DNA from: an uncultured Methanosarcinales archaeon
GTDB taxonomy: Archaea > Nanobdellota > Nanobdellia > Woesearchaeales > DSVV01
Direction of reading: 5' to 3'
Length of the DNA: 50,875 nt
Assembly (NCBI GenBank): GCA_964593285.1
Contig: CAZQHZ010000001.1
Location: 66,124 to 116,998, forward strand
The notes beneath the pieces are model-generated. The model was not told the origin of the DNA. It was given only the letters and a program-made list of their open reading frames with translations, and searched no databases. Position 1 is the stretch's first letter. Each line of letters starts with the position of its first letter. Position numbers and translations under genes: made by a program. Below, piece after piece: positions 18,540-29,506 of the stretch.

Positions 18540-20489
18540 CTAAATAACTCCTTTATCAAACCAACCTGTAGTATATCCTTTTTTAATTTTTTTATCATTA
18601 AATTTTTTTTCTAAAATATTTTTATATATAGATAATAATTTACCTGAATTTTCATTTGATTCTAAATAAAAGTTATTAATGTTATTTTCATTGTATTTTT
18701 TTATTAAATTAAATAAACCAAGTTTTTTATTATTAATTAAATTATAGTAATTATTTTCTTTAATTAATTTAAATTTTCTGTTTTCATAATCTGTTAATAT
18801 ATTTTCTTTAAATTCATTTTTTATTTTCATCAAACTTATATTTCCATGAATATATACTAAAAAACCTTTGTTTTTTATTTGTTTTATTTCATTAAACGAT
18901 AATTCCATTGAAATTATTGGTGTTGCATTAAATTTTGTTTTATAAAAATTTATATCAATATCATTAAATGCATTAATTGAATAATCTAAATGGATATCTA
19001 AATTTAATTTTTTTTTATTTATATAATTCATTAAACCTAAATCTTTTGTTAAAATACCATGTAATTTATAATTTTTAATTAAAGAAAATATTTTTTTAAT
19101 TTCTTCATCATTTAATGGACCATTAATGAAACCATAAATTTTTGAATTTTTTATTTTTTCATTTAATGTTGAAAAATCCTTATTTAGTATATCAAAATAA
19201 ATTACATCAGGCTTTTTTTTATCTGCGTTAATTCCATCTTTTAGAGAACTAACTTTAATGTAAAATTTATTTTTTTTATCTTGTTTTTGATAAGAAAAAT
19301 TTTTATCAATTTCTTTTATGTAATTAATTTTGTTAATATTTTCATTTGGTGATTTTCTAAATGTAATTTCTTCTCCTAAATTTAATTTTTTCTCTCTAAT
19401 GCATGTTTGATATATATTTTGATTTTCTAAAAAAATATTATCATTAATAGTTATTTCATCATTTTTTTTAGCAAAATTAACAGAATTTTCATTAATTTTT
19501 ATTGCATTAATTTTAAACCTAACTAATTTATTATTTTTAATAATTGAAACAAAATCACCAATTTTTAAATTCTTATTAATTTTTATTTTTCCATTTTTTA
19601 CTTTTCCAATAATAATTCCTCTATTTCCGGGTAATTCATTTGAAATTATATTGTTTTCAAACATAAATCCTTTTGTAAAATTTCTATTAAAAATTTGTTT
19701 TAGTTTTTCAATTTCATCTTTATAATTTTTTGTTATGTTTCTATAATAATTATCAATTGCTTTTCTATAAGCAATAGTTACTTCTTGTACATAAAATTCA
19801 TTTTTCATTCTACCTTCAATTTTTAAACATTTAATTCCAAGATTTATTAATAAGGGAATTTCTTCAATTAAACATAAATCTTTTGTGCTAAGCGAATATT
19901 TATCATTATACATCTTTCTACAAGGCTGTGCACAAAGTCCTCTATTGCCCGATCTTTTTCCAATTATTGAAGAAAATAAGCATTTTCCAGATAATGAAAT
20001 ACATAAAGCTCCATGAACAAAAATTTCTGTTTCAAATTTTTTTGAAAATTTTTCTATTTCATTTTTTAATAATTCTCTTGGAAGAATAATTCTATCAACC
20101 TTTTCAAGAATTGAATATGTATTAAATAATCCACATTGTGTTGATAAATGTATTTTTAAATTTGGAAAATATTTTTTTATTAATGGAATAAAACTTTGAT
20201 TAGTTATAATAATTGCATCAGCTTTTGCTTTATTTATCAAATTTAAGTAATTAAAAAATTCATTAATTTCATTATTTTTTATTAAAGTATTTAATGCAAC
20301 ATATAGTTTAACATTTTTCAAATGACAATATTTAACAATATCATCTAATTGATTTATTTTAAAATTATCCGCATTAATTCTTGCATTAAATTTTTCAAGT
20401 CCAATATAAATACTATCAGCACCATTATTTACTGCAGCTCTCAAACAGTTAATATTTCCTGTTGGTGCTAGTAATTCAATTTTATCCAT
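18540..20489 (-). CDS. Peptidase U32 family Fe-S protein (RlhA/TrhP-like)
   Basis: ELLAP.G, GADSIYIG, HLSTQ, EIFVHGALC..SGKC...NRGLCAQPCR, LKIEGRMK; degenerate second U32-like half. Confidence 0.9.
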   Translation of the reverse strand: MDKIELLAPTGNINCLRAAVNNGADSIYIGLEKFNARINADNFKINQLDDIVKYCHLKNVKLYVALNTLIKNNEINEFFNYLNLINKAKADAIIITNQSFIPLIKKYFPNLKIHLSTQCGLFNTYSILEKVDRIILPRELLKNEIEKFSKKFETEIFVHGALCISLSGKCLFSSIIGKRSGNRGLCAQPCRKMYNDKYSLSTKDLCLIEEIPLLINLGIKCLKIEGRMKNEFYVQEVTIAYRKAIDNYYRNITKNYKDEIEKLKQIFNRNFTKGFMFENNIISNELPGNRGIIIGKVKNGKIKINKNLKIGDFVSIIKNNKLVRFKINAIKINENSVNFAKKNDEITINDNIFLENQNIYQTCIREKKLNLGEEITFRKSPNENINKINYIKEIDKNFSYQKQDKKNKFYIKVSSLKDGINADKKKPDVIYFDILNKDFSTLNEKIKNSKIYGFINGPLNDEEIKKIFSLIKNYKLHGILTKDLGLMNYINKKKLNLDIHLDYSINAFNDIDINFYKTKFNATPIISMELSFNEIKQIKNKGFLVYIHGNISLMKIKNEFKENILTDYENRKFKLIKENNYYNLINNKKLGLFNLIKKYNENNINNFYLESNENSGKLLSIYKNILEKKFNDKKIKKGYTTGWFDKGVI

Positions 20490-20542
20490 ATTTTTTAAAG
20501 TTTTATCTATAAGTTATAAATTTTTTTGAATATTTGTTTATA

Positions 20543-20881
20543 TTAAATATATTTTACACTTTCTGCATTTATTTGATATCTTTTATTATATCGATTAATT
20601 ATCCCAATAACTTCAACATTGCTATTTTTTTCAATATCAATTTCATCAAAAATTACAACTTCAATTTCCTGGATTGTTTCTACTTTTAGGATTGTGATTT
20701 TTTCATTATTTTGAATTGATTTAATGCTACCTTCAATTCTAATTTGTTTATCTAAATCATTATCATTTATTAAAGCAATATTTTTTGTTGGAATTTGTGA
20801 ATTTTGCATTATTATAAACAATACAATTATTCCAATAATTGCAGTTGTAGTTGATGCAACCAATAAATGTTTGTCTTTCAT
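20543..20881 (-). CDS. Membrane-anchored OB-fold protein
   Basis: N-terminal TM, then IRIEGSI..I, IEVVIF and VEVIGII..Y....QINA. Confidence 0.7.
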   Translation of the reverse strand: MKDKHLLVASTTTAIIGIIVLFIIMQNSQIPTKNIALINDNDLDKQIRIEGSIKSIQNNEKITILKVETIQEIEVVIFDEIDIEKNSNVEVIGIINRYNKRYQINAESVKYI

Positions 20882-20954
20882 TTATTTTAGAAATCTTTAT
20901 TTATTTATAATAATTAAATGAATTTTTTTAAAAATTTTTTATTTATTTTAAAAA

Positions 20955-21242
20955 TTATTCAGAAATTTTTATTTTATTTGTAATATATCCGATAATTCCA
21001 CCAAACAAAAAAGCAACGCCACCAAAACTAATAATTAACATAAACATGAATTTAATTCGAGAAACTACGGCTTCACTAAAAGAACATTTTGTGTTTTCAG
21101 TAAAACTAAAACACATATGATCAATCCCTTTAGTTGATAAATAATAATCATGGAAAATTAAAATCGCAGTATATATTAATGATATTATTAAAACAAAAAT
21201 AAAACCATATAAAGCTCCTTTTTGCCAATTTCCAAATTTCAT
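20955..21242 (-). CDS. Small 2-TM hypothetical protein
   Basis: Two hydrophobic helices with a Cys pair in the loop; ATGA overlap with the PfkB gene. Confidence 0.65.
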   Translation of the reverse strand: MKFGNWQKGALYGFIFVLIISLIYTAILIFHDYYLSTKGIDHMCFSFTENTKCSFSEAVVSRIKFMFMLIISFGGVAFLFGGIIGYITNKIKISE

Positions 21243-22225
21243 CTTAAAACAACAATTTTTTCATTTTTTTTAATTTCATTCATTGCTTTTTTTAAAGTTA
21301 ATAAATTATTTTTTGCACCAATCTTTTTAATTACCGATTGTGCATTTGCAATTCCTAAATTTAATGAAAATTTAACATCATTTTTTAAAATCATTCCACT
21401 AACAAAGCCAGATGAAAAAGCATCACCTGCACCTGTAGTTTCTTTTACTTTCATTTTTTTTGAAGGTCCAAAATAAATTTTTTCAGATTTTTTATCAAAT
21501 ACATAAGTTCCATTTTTACCATTAGTTATTATAACTATTTTTGGTCCATATGAAGATATTTTTTTTATTAATTTTGTTATTTCTAAATCTTTTTCTTTAG
21601 TTAATAATCTTGCTTCTTCTAAGTTAAAAATTAAAATGTCTGAATTTTTTAGTGGCACTTTTAAATATGTGATACCTTTTTTTGCAATATAACTACTTGG
21701 ATTAAATGCAACTTTAATTTTATTTTTTTTAGCATATTTTGTTAATTTAACAAAAGTTTCAAACGATTTACCCATTAATGAACTAAAATAGAAATATTTT
21801 GCTTTTAATTTTGTTTTATCAATTTTTTTATATTCTAATAAATCATTAACACCTTTATATGTTAAAATGGTTCTATCATCAACATAGCTATCTAAAATTA
21901 TAGAGTAACCGGTTTGACCTTCTTTTTCAATACCAATAAAATCAATTTTTTCTTTTTCTAATTGTTCAATTATTTGATGTTTATGTTTGCATTTTCCAAT
22001 TACACCACAAAAAGCAGTATTTAAACCTAATCTTGAAAAACCAACAGCAGTATTAGTGCCACCACCACCTATTTGAAAATCAAGTTCTTCAATTAAAATT
22101 TTTGATCCATTTAAATATGCAATAAATTCTTCTGTTGAATTATTATTTTTTATTGAAATAGTTTCAGTTTTAGTTTTTGCAAATGCATCAATAGTTGCAG
22201 AACCAAAAGTTATTATATCATACAT
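21239..22225 (-). CDS. PfkB/ribokinase family kinase
   Basis: GGGGTNTAVGFSRLG, N.EEA, IT.GKNG, ETTGAGDAF.SG. Confidence 0.93.
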   Translation of the reverse strand: MYDIITFGSATIDAFAKTKTETISIKNNNSTEEFIAYLNGSKILIEELDFQIGGGGTNTAVGFSRLGLNTAFCGVIGKCKHKHQIIEQLEKEKIDFIGIEKEGQTGYSIILDSYVDDRTILTYKGVNDLLEYKKIDKTKLKAKYFYFSSLMGKSFETFVKLTKYAKKNKIKVAFNPSSYIAKKGITYLKVPLKNSDILIFNLEEARLLTKEKDLEITKLIKKISSYGPKIVIITNGKNGTYVFDKKSEKIYFGPSKKMKVKETTGAGDAFSSGFVSGMILKNDVKFSLNLGIANAQSVIKKIGAKNNLLTLKKAMNEIKKNEKIVVLR

Positions 22226-22286
22226 GTTTTTTTTTATCTTATAAATACTATTTAAATGTTTCTTTAGTTTTTTAAGAATTTAGTTC

Positions 22287-23834
22287 TTATTCATTGGTAT
22301 ATGTTAAATTATCAAATCCATCTCTTATCATTACTCTAAAAGGATATATTGAATCTATTTTTAATTGATTTAGTGAAAATTCTTTTTTTGAAGAATACAC
22401 CACATTATTTGTATTTTCTATAAAAAAATTTGCAAGATTTTTTCCTTTTTCTTTTTTCATTCCAGTATTACAAGAAAATAAAAATATTTTTCCATTATTT
22501 TTCATATCAAGATAATCAAATAATTCATAATCGTTTGTAGTTATTTTAAAATTATCAATTTTATTATTATCAAAATTATTATTGTCTAAATTTATATATT
22601 TTTTTTGTCCATGCCCTGCTAAAATTAATAATGATAAATCTTTTGAATTTTTTAGTGTTGAATATATTTCTTCTTTTCTTTGAGCTACAATCATTTTTGT
22701 ATTATATTCTTCTTTTATTTTTGAAATTAATTCGTTTTTATTATTATAAAATGCATTATTATAGTCATCTAAAGGGTATATAATTAGTGCGTTTGGTTTA
22801 TTATTGTTTGTTAAATTCAAATTATTTATTTTTTCAATGTTTAAATTTTGGTATCGTAAAATTTTATCTCCAGTCATATATAATAATAATTCTGAAGGTG
22901 TTGATTTTAAAAACTCTTCTAATTTTTTATAACTTCCACCATTGCTTATATATTTTAGAATTTGATTTTTATCGCTAAACATGTTAGATGAATTTATTTT
23001 TTCAATTTCTAAACTATCATGTGTTTTATTTTGTGTTGTAAAATTTTTTAAAACATCTGTTTTAGTTTCATCATTTATTAAATCAAACAATATTTGATTT
23101 GAAATTTCTTTTTTATTTTTATAAGCTTTATTTAAATGAAAATTTAAATCATTAATTGTTATATCATTAATAAATAATTGATTTATAATACGTCCATTTA
23201 TGTTTAAATTTTCATATTTTTTTTCTAAATTAAAAACATTTTTAATGTAAATTTCATCAATATTATTTTCGATTGCATCAATTATGTCTATTCCATAAAA
23301 ACTGTCTTGTTTTATTGTTTCGTTTATTGAATAATATGATTCTATTTTATCAAAAGGTATATCTTTAATAGTTGCAACTATTATTTCACTTGATGAAAAT
23401 AAATAATTATTTTTTGAATCTTTAAATTTTAAAAAATTATTAATGTCTTCTTTTTTTAATCCTTCATTGTATGCAATAATTATTTCAGTTATACTTTTAA
23501 AATAATGTTTATTTAAATCATTTTTATATGAAAGAATCATTTCAGTATATGAATAAGGAATATTAAATTTAATTAATTCTTGAATTTCATCATTTATCAA
23601 TATCTTATCAATTGTTTTATATTTATTATATTCTTTTGATATTTTATTTAATTGTAAATTATTTAATAAAAAATTATCTAATATTGTATTTTTTTGAGTA
23701 TGGTTTTTAGTTATATTACTATCATTAGTTGAATTAAAAATTTTATTTTCTAAATTCCCAAATACTATATTTGTATTAAGTAAAGTTATTAATAATGGAT
23801 TAATTACTATTTTTTTAACTATATTTTGTTTCAT
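22287..23834 (-). CDS. Probably exported protein with helical repeats and a C-terminal clan CD (caspase/CHAT-like) His-Cys domain
   Basis: Weak N-terminal signal; LLILAGHG and IFLFSCNTG motifs. Confidence 0.55.
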   Translation of the reverse strand: MKQNIVKKIVINPLLITLLNTNIVFGNLENKIFNSTNDSNITKNHTQKNTILDNFLLNNLQLNKISKEYNKYKTIDKILINDEIQELIKFNIPYSYTEMILSYKNDLNKHYFKSITEIIIAYNEGLKKEDINNFLKFKDSKNNYLFSSSEIIVATIKDIPFDKIESYYSINETIKQDSFYGIDIIDAIENNIDEIYIKNVFNLEKKYENLNINGRIINQLFINDITINDLNFHLNKAYKNKKEISNQILFDLINDETKTDVLKNFTTQNKTHDSLEIEKINSSNMFSDKNQILKYISNGGSYKKLEEFLKSTPSELLLYMTGDKILRYQNLNIEKINNLNLTNNNKPNALIIYPLDDYNNAFYNNKNELISKIKEEYNTKMIVAQRKEEIYSTLKNSKDLSLLILAGHGQKKYINLDNNNFDNNKIDNFKITTNDYELFDYLDMKNNGKIFLFSCNTGMKKEKGKNLANFFIENTNNVVYSSKKEFSLNQLKIDSIYPFRVMIRDGFDNLTYTNE

Positions 23835-23995
23835 TTTTATTTATTTAATTTATATTATTACTATTAATTAATGGTTAAATGGTTATGCTTTTATTGTTTT
23901 TGTTTTTTTAGCTAAATAATTAAAAAATAAAATCGAAAGTTATTTAAATAAATAATATACTAAATTTTAATATTATATATAATAATTATTGTAAA

Positions 23996-26197
23996 ATGGA
24001 TTTTATTAGTTTTTTTAAGAAAAAATCGCAAATTACTATATTTCTTATTATAGGTTTAATTATTTTATTTATAATATTTTTTTTGGTACTAATTTTTTCT
24101 AAAGATACACCAAATGTAACACCTTCGCAAAAATCGGATGATTTTGTTATTTTTGTTGAAGAATGTTTATTTACTACATTACAGGAAGCTGTTGTTAAAA
24201 TTGGCGAAGGGGGTGGATTTATTGATTATCATTTAGCACATGGTTTTAATCCAGTTGATAATCCATTGGAATCAAATTCTTTGAATTTGTTTAATTCATT
24301 AGAGTTAGTATATTGGTTTGATCAAGATAAATCAGGATTAAACCATTTAAATATACCACCTTTATATAAAACTTCAGATGATGATTCTTCAATACAATCT
24401 CAAATTGAAAATTATGTTAATGAAAATATTGAAAATTGTTTTAATGGCTTTAAAACTTTTAGTGATAGACAAATTGAAGTTATTGAAAAATCTCCAATAA
24501 AAACTGAAGTTTTATTCACTAATTCTAAAGTTATTGGAAAACTAGATTATTCAGTTGATATTATTATGCAAGATGGCACAGTAACAAATTATAGAGATTA
24601 CACTGCTGATGTTTTAGTTAATTTAAAAAAAATTTATGAATATGCAAAAGAAATAACGCTTTATCAATCTGAAAATGCATTTATTGAAAATGTTGTTTTA
24701 GATTTAATTAGTATTTATTCAAGAGTTGATAAAGATTATCTGCCACCAATGTATCATTTTGATATGGACTCTTGTAGCGATTATGTCTTTTGGTCAAAAA
24801 CTGATGTTGAAGATAAATTTAGAGAAGTTTTAGCATCAAACATTCCATTTATTACTTTAGTTAATGGTGAATATTTTGATTACAAAATAGATGAGAGTGA
24901 GTTTGAAGATGAAGAATTAGAAATTGCAAAAGGAGTTATGGAAAAATTTAAACATCAAGTTTCAGAAAATGATTATTCTTCTATATTAACACATTTATCT
25001 TTCATGGAACAATTTCCTTTATATTTTGATTTAGGTGTAAATTTTTTAGAGCCAAGAAATTTAGAAGTTGATTTAATTTTTTCAAAATATTGCTTTTTTG
25101 AATATAGAACATATTATAGCTCAGCATTTCCTGTGTTATTTACATTATATGATCAAGATTCAATAATTGATGATAAAAAAGGTTATTTATTTCAATTCCC
25201 AATTCTTTCAGTAATAAGGAATAATTTTCCAAGAGTTAACTATATGACTGATGATGAAAGCCCAATAGAAGATGTTGTTTCATACCAATGTAATTTAAAG
25301 CAAAGAATTAGTGATAATGTCACAATTAAAGTTACTGACAGATTAAATAAACCAATTGACGATGTATTGGTTTTATTTAGATGCGGTCCAAATTTTGTAT
25401 ATGATTATGATGGAGATGGAAATATTAATGGTAGTAAAAGATTTGCTGAAAATTGTATTATTGGAAAAACTAATTCTTCTGGGATTTTATTTGAAAAATT
25501 TCCTCCATGTATTGGTGGTGGTGTGATAGAATTAAAACGTGATGGTTATTCAGATTATATTGAATTAGTTGGAGATATTAGAGAAGATGAAGAATATAGT
25601 TTTGATTTTAATTTATTAGAATTAGTTGATTTAAACGTTTCTTTAAATAAATTTATAGTAAATGATGATGTTTTAGATATAGAAGGGAAAAATTTAGGAT
25701 GTTTACCTAATTTCACTCCAATGCCAATTGAAAATAATGAGCATGCAATGATTAGAATTGAAATGATTGAAAGCCAAGACGGCCATGAAATATCTTCGTC
25801 GCCATATATTTATTATACAACACAAAATGAATCTACAATTTCACTTGTTCCTGGAATTTATGAAGGTGAAGTTATGTTAATGCGAAATGAAAAATATCCA
25901 GGGGAAATGATGATTAAAAGAAATAGTCAATCAAAAACAATAGATAAAGGAATTGTTGATGGAAAAGAAACAATTTATTATCCAGATGAAGATATAGAAC
26001 TTCCAATGGTAATGTCTGGTGGTTCAAATTTTACATTTGAGGTTAAGTCAATTGATTTATATAATTCAAATGAAATAAAATTTTATACATTTGATTTTGG
26101 AATTCCAAAATATGTAGAAAAAATAGGGACAGCATCAAATGAAGCAGAAATTTGTTCAAATACTCATGATAATTTATTAACTGCGGAGTTTAGTTAA
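23996..26197 (+). CDS. Large pilin-like protein with class III signal peptide (paralog A)
   Basis: KKKS/QITIFLIIGLIIL; acidic, Cys-containing ectodomain; homologous to 32037..33980. Confidence 0.75.
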   Translation: MDFISFFKKKSQITIFLIIGLIILFIIFFLVLIFSKDTPNVTPSQKSDDFVIFVEECLFTTLQEAVVKIGEGGGFIDYHLAHGFNPVDNPLESNSLNLFNSLELVYWFDQDKSGLNHLNIPPLYKTSDDDSSIQSQIENYVNENIENCFNGFKTFSDRQIEVIEKSPIKTEVLFTNSKVIGKLDYSVDIIMQDGTVTNYRDYTADVLVNLKKIYEYAKEITLYQSENAFIENVVLDLISIYSRVDKDYLPPMYHFDMDSCSDYVFWSKTDVEDKFREVLASNIPFITLVNGEYFDYKIDESEFEDEELEIAKGVMEKFKHQVSENDYSSILTHLSFMEQFPLYFDLGVNFLEPRNLEVDLIFSKYCFFEYRTYYSSAFPVLFTLYDQDSIIDDKKGYLFQFPILSVIRNNFPRVNYMTDDESPIEDVVSYQCNLKQRISDNVTIKVTDRLNKPIDDVLVLFRCGPNFVYDYDGDGNINGSKRFAENCIIGKTNSSGILFEKFPPCIGGGVIELKRDGYSDYIELVGDIREDEEYSFDFNLLELVDLNVSLNKFIVNDDVLDIEGKNLGCLPNFTPMPIENNEHAMIRIEMIESQDGHEISSSPYIYYTTQNESTISLVPGIYEGEVMLMRNEKYPGEMMIKRNSQSKTIDKGIVDGKETIYYPDEDIELPMVMSGGSNFTFEVKSIDLYNSNEIKFYTFDFGIPKYVEKIGTASNEAEICSNTHDNLLTAEFS

Positions 26198-29100
26198 ATG
26201 GCTAGCGAAAATTTTAAAAAAAAAGTATCATTGTTTTTGATATTTTTAATTATTTCACTTCAATTTAATATTTCTTTTGCTTTTGCATCATTAGTTGGAC
26301 AAATTGAAGATATAACTATACATGGAAAAGATAATATTGAAGATGTATTAAGACATGAAAATGATACTTTACATATGAGTGCTAAAGTTAGCTTATATGA
26401 AAATATTGAAGGTGATGATAATGAATATTTTACATTAACTGAAGATAATGTTAGATTTCAAGTAGATTCATCAACAGCACAAAGATTTAGTTCTTGTGAT
26501 ACTGACACCGATGGATTTTATATATGTACATATAGTGATGATGATTTTAATTTAGATTCAAAAAAATATTCATTAAAAATTAATTTGTATGATGATAATT
26601 TAATGACAGTTACTAGTTCTTCTAAAGATTTTTATGTTGATGGCATGCCACCAAAATTTACAAAACTTGATATACCAAAAACAATTTCAACAAAAACGCA
26701 AGACATTGAATTTAGTGTTGCTGATCATTCATGTTCAGGATGTGGTAGTAATTGTATTGGCCTTGAAAAAATAGTTTTAAGAACAGATAATAAAACATTA
26801 GAAACAAAAACTGATGTTAGTGGTTGTAGTTATAGTGGAAATTTTAGTTTAACTAAATCTTCATTAAATCAAGGTGATGTAAAATTATGTATTGATGTAT
26901 ATGATAAAATGGGTTTGTATAATTCTAATTGTGATAATGTTTTAGTTGATTTTAGCAAGCCTAAATTTTCACAAAATTCGTTTGTTATAAAAGATTTAAA
27001 TGGAAATGTTTTAACTTTTTCTTCAAATGATGGTATAAAAGCACATATTGAAATTAATGTTAGTGATGAACTTTCAGGAATTAATCCAGAAAGCATAAAA
27101 GCTAATTTATCAAATTTAAATCCAAAATATTCAAACGAATTAGTTTTTGCAACTAATTGTGAGCCAATCGATGAATTTGGTTATAATTGTGTTTTTAAAG
27201 ATATTTTAATTAAAGATATTAAAGATTCAAGTATAATGTTTTATGCAGAAGATGACTCTAAAAATATTGTTGAAAGTTCATTTTCATTTAATTTACCACT
27301 AGATACAACACCTCCAATTTTAGAAGGCGTTGTTTCATCAAATGATGAGTATGTTAATCCAACAAACACAATAATTACTGCAAAAGTAACTGAAACAGAC
27401 TCTGCAATGTTTAATGCAAATGCATATTTTGGAGCTAATGGTGAATCTATAAAAGCTAGTGAATGTAATTTAAAAGAAAGTTTATGGCACTGTGATTTAG
27501 ATTATAATTTTGATAATTTAAATGATGGTGATGAAATAGATATTTTTTTAACAGAATTGACTAACGATGCAAAATTAAGTGCAAATATATCATCTTTAAA
27601 ATCCAAAAAAAATTCATTTATTTATGATGGAAAAACTCCAGAAGTAATTAATATCTCAATTTCACCTTATGCTTCAAATTTAGAAGTTGCAACAGTTGAT
27701 GATGTATTGGAAGTTGTAGCTTTAATTAAGGAAGAGCATTCTGGACTTAGTGCAGATAATGCATATTTAAATTTTAGTGATTTTGATTCAAATGCAAATT
27801 TAATTAGTGCAAGTAGCTGTGATGAATTAGAAGATTTTATTTATGAGTGTAAGTGGGAGTATTCTGGAGATTTAGATTCTGGGGAAAAATTTTTTGTAGA
27901 TTTAAAAGTTAATGATAATGCTGGAAATATTTTATTAAAAGAAAAAGTTACTGGAATTAATGTTGTTTCATTTGATGATAGAAAAGTAGATTTTTGGGCA
28001 GAAGAATCTGAAACTAGTAAAATTGATTTAAATCCTAATTTTTTATGGATGTCAGATCAAGGAACTATTGTTAGGGCTACAGCTACACTTGTTTCAAAAT
28101 CAGGAAATCCTTATGTTCATAATTTTCATTTTACAAGTTGTAGCACTAGTTTTAATTCAACTGGTGCTATTGAAATTTTATCACAATCTAATTTAGATAG
28201 TAAAAAATCTAAAATACTATTATTTAAGATTCCACAATTTGATAAAAAAGATATAAAGGGTAAAAATTCATTTAAATTTACATGTGAAGGGCAAGTAGTT
28301 CAAGCTACATCACAATTTGGTAATATTTATTCTGAAAATGAATTGGTTAATGCAACATTTGATATAAGATTTTCTGAAAGTTTATTTTTAGATCCCGCAC
28401 TTAAAAGTATTGATGATATTAGAGAAAGTGAAGATATGATTGATAAATTAGACACAATTATTGAGTGGATTGATAAATTAAAAATTTTTAAAACTATATG
28501 TAAAATTTTTAATGCAATAAAAGAAATTTTAAATGGAATTACTATGATTTTAGAAGGTATTTCTACTGTATTTACACCAACGCAAGGTGCAACAGATGCT
28601 TCTAAAAATATTATGGATAGATTAAATGGTTTATGGTATGGCAGTGGTGAAGGAACATTTGGTTCTAGTAAAAGTTATGCAAGTGTTGGTTTTTGGTGTG
28701 ATTTATTTTTATGTACAGAATGTAATAGGATGTGGCAAGGTTTTGCAAAAAATGTTGCTGGTAAAATAGGCGGTGATGAATCAGGAAGTAGTGAAGTAAA
28801 GGTTGATACGAACGAATATATTACCATTGAACCGAAACAAGGAGAGGGTGGTACAGGTGAAGATGAAGAATCAAAAGCAACAAAGTTTTTTTCAACAGCT
28901 TTTTCAAAAGATAATATTGTGTCTAAATTAGAATTTGACCCTTTTAGATCACTACCTGTTGCAGTAATTTGTATGCCACCTTGCATTGAGGGGATTAGAT
29001 TAAATTTAGTTATTTATCGAGAAATTTTAGTTAATTATAATATTTGTTTAAATATTGCTGAAACACGAGGTTATGGTAGGTCTGAATGTGAAGATTTTAA

Positions 29101-29422
29101 ATCTACAAGAGTTTGTAGTGAAATTGTTAGACATTTATTTTTTACAGATACAATCGCTGCATTAATCAGGAATTTAGTTGTTGGTATGGTATTTGATACA
29201 ATAGATGAAAAACTTAAAGATGCATGTAATGTAGAAGGTGGCGGTACTAGTGGAATGAAATATACAACACCTTGTGGTATTACAAAAATTTTAGCAATAC
29301 TAGAATGGCTAATGCTTGTTTCAGAAACTTATGAAAAAATAACCGCAATTCCAGATATGTTTAGTGAATTTAGTTCAGATGATGATGAAGAAAAGAAAAA
29401 AGACATTGAAAAAGACCTATGA
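26198..29422 (+). CDS. Secreted Ig-like repeat protein with Cys-rich helical C-terminal core
   Basis: Sec-type signal; repeat linkers DGMPP, DFSKP, DTTPP, DGKTP; C-terminal Cys-rich region. Confidence 0.75.
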   Translation: MASENFKKKVSLFLIFLIISLQFNISFAFASLVGQIEDITIHGKDNIEDVLRHENDTLHMSAKVSLYENIEGDDNEYFTLTEDNVRFQVDSSTAQRFSSCDTDTDGFYICTYSDDDFNLDSKKYSLKINLYDDNLMTVTSSSKDFYVDGMPPKFTKLDIPKTISTKTQDIEFSVADHSCSGCGSNCIGLEKIVLRTDNKTLETKTDVSGCSYSGNFSLTKSSLNQGDVKLCIDVYDKMGLYNSNCDNVLVDFSKPKFSQNSFVIKDLNGNVLTFSSNDGIKAHIEINVSDELSGINPESIKANLSNLNPKYSNELVFATNCEPIDEFGYNCVFKDILIKDIKDSSIMFYAEDDSKNIVESSFSFNLPLDTTPPILEGVVSSNDEYVNPTNTIITAKVTETDSAMFNANAYFGANGESIKASECNLKESLWHCDLDYNFDNLNDGDEIDIFLTELTNDAKLSANISSLKSKKNSFIYDGKTPEVINISISPYASNLEVATVDDVLEVVALIKEEHSGLSADNAYLNFSDFDSNANLISASSCDELEDFIYECKWEYSGDLDSGEKFFVDLKVNDNAGNILLKEKVTGINVVSFDDRKVDFWAEESETSKIDLNPNFLWMSDQGTIVRATATLVSKSGNPYVHNFHFTSCSTSFNSTGAIEILSQSNLDSKKSKILLFKIPQFDKKDIKGKNSFKFTCEGQVVQATSQFGNIYSENELVNATFDIRFSESLFLDPALKSIDDIRESEDMIDKLDTIIEWIDKLKIFKTICKIFNAIKEILNGITMILEGISTVFTPTQGATDASKNIMDRLNGLWYGSGEGTFGSSKSYASVGFWCDLFLCTECNRMWQGFAKNVAGKIGGDESGSSEVKVDTNEYITIEPKQGEGGTGEDEESKATKFFSTAFSKDNIVSKLEFDPFRSLPVAVICMPPCIEGIRLNLVIYREILVNYNICLNIAETRGYGRSECEDFKSTRVCSEIVRHLFFTDTIAALIRNLVVGMVFDTIDEKLKDACNVEGGGTSGMKYTTPCGITKILAILEWLMLVSETYEKITAIPDMFSEFSSDDDEEKKKDIEKDL

Positions 29423-29452
29423 TAAAATAAAACTTATAAATTTAATAATAAT

Positions 29453-29496
29453 TAAAATAAAATAAAATAAAATAAAATAAAATAAAATAAATAAAA
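29453..29496. repeat. Pentanucleotide repeat (TAAAA)7-TAAA-TAAAA
   Basis: Read directly; ends 10 bp before the ATG at 29507. Confidence 0.9.
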
Positions 29497-29506
29497 TAAT
29501 ACAAAA

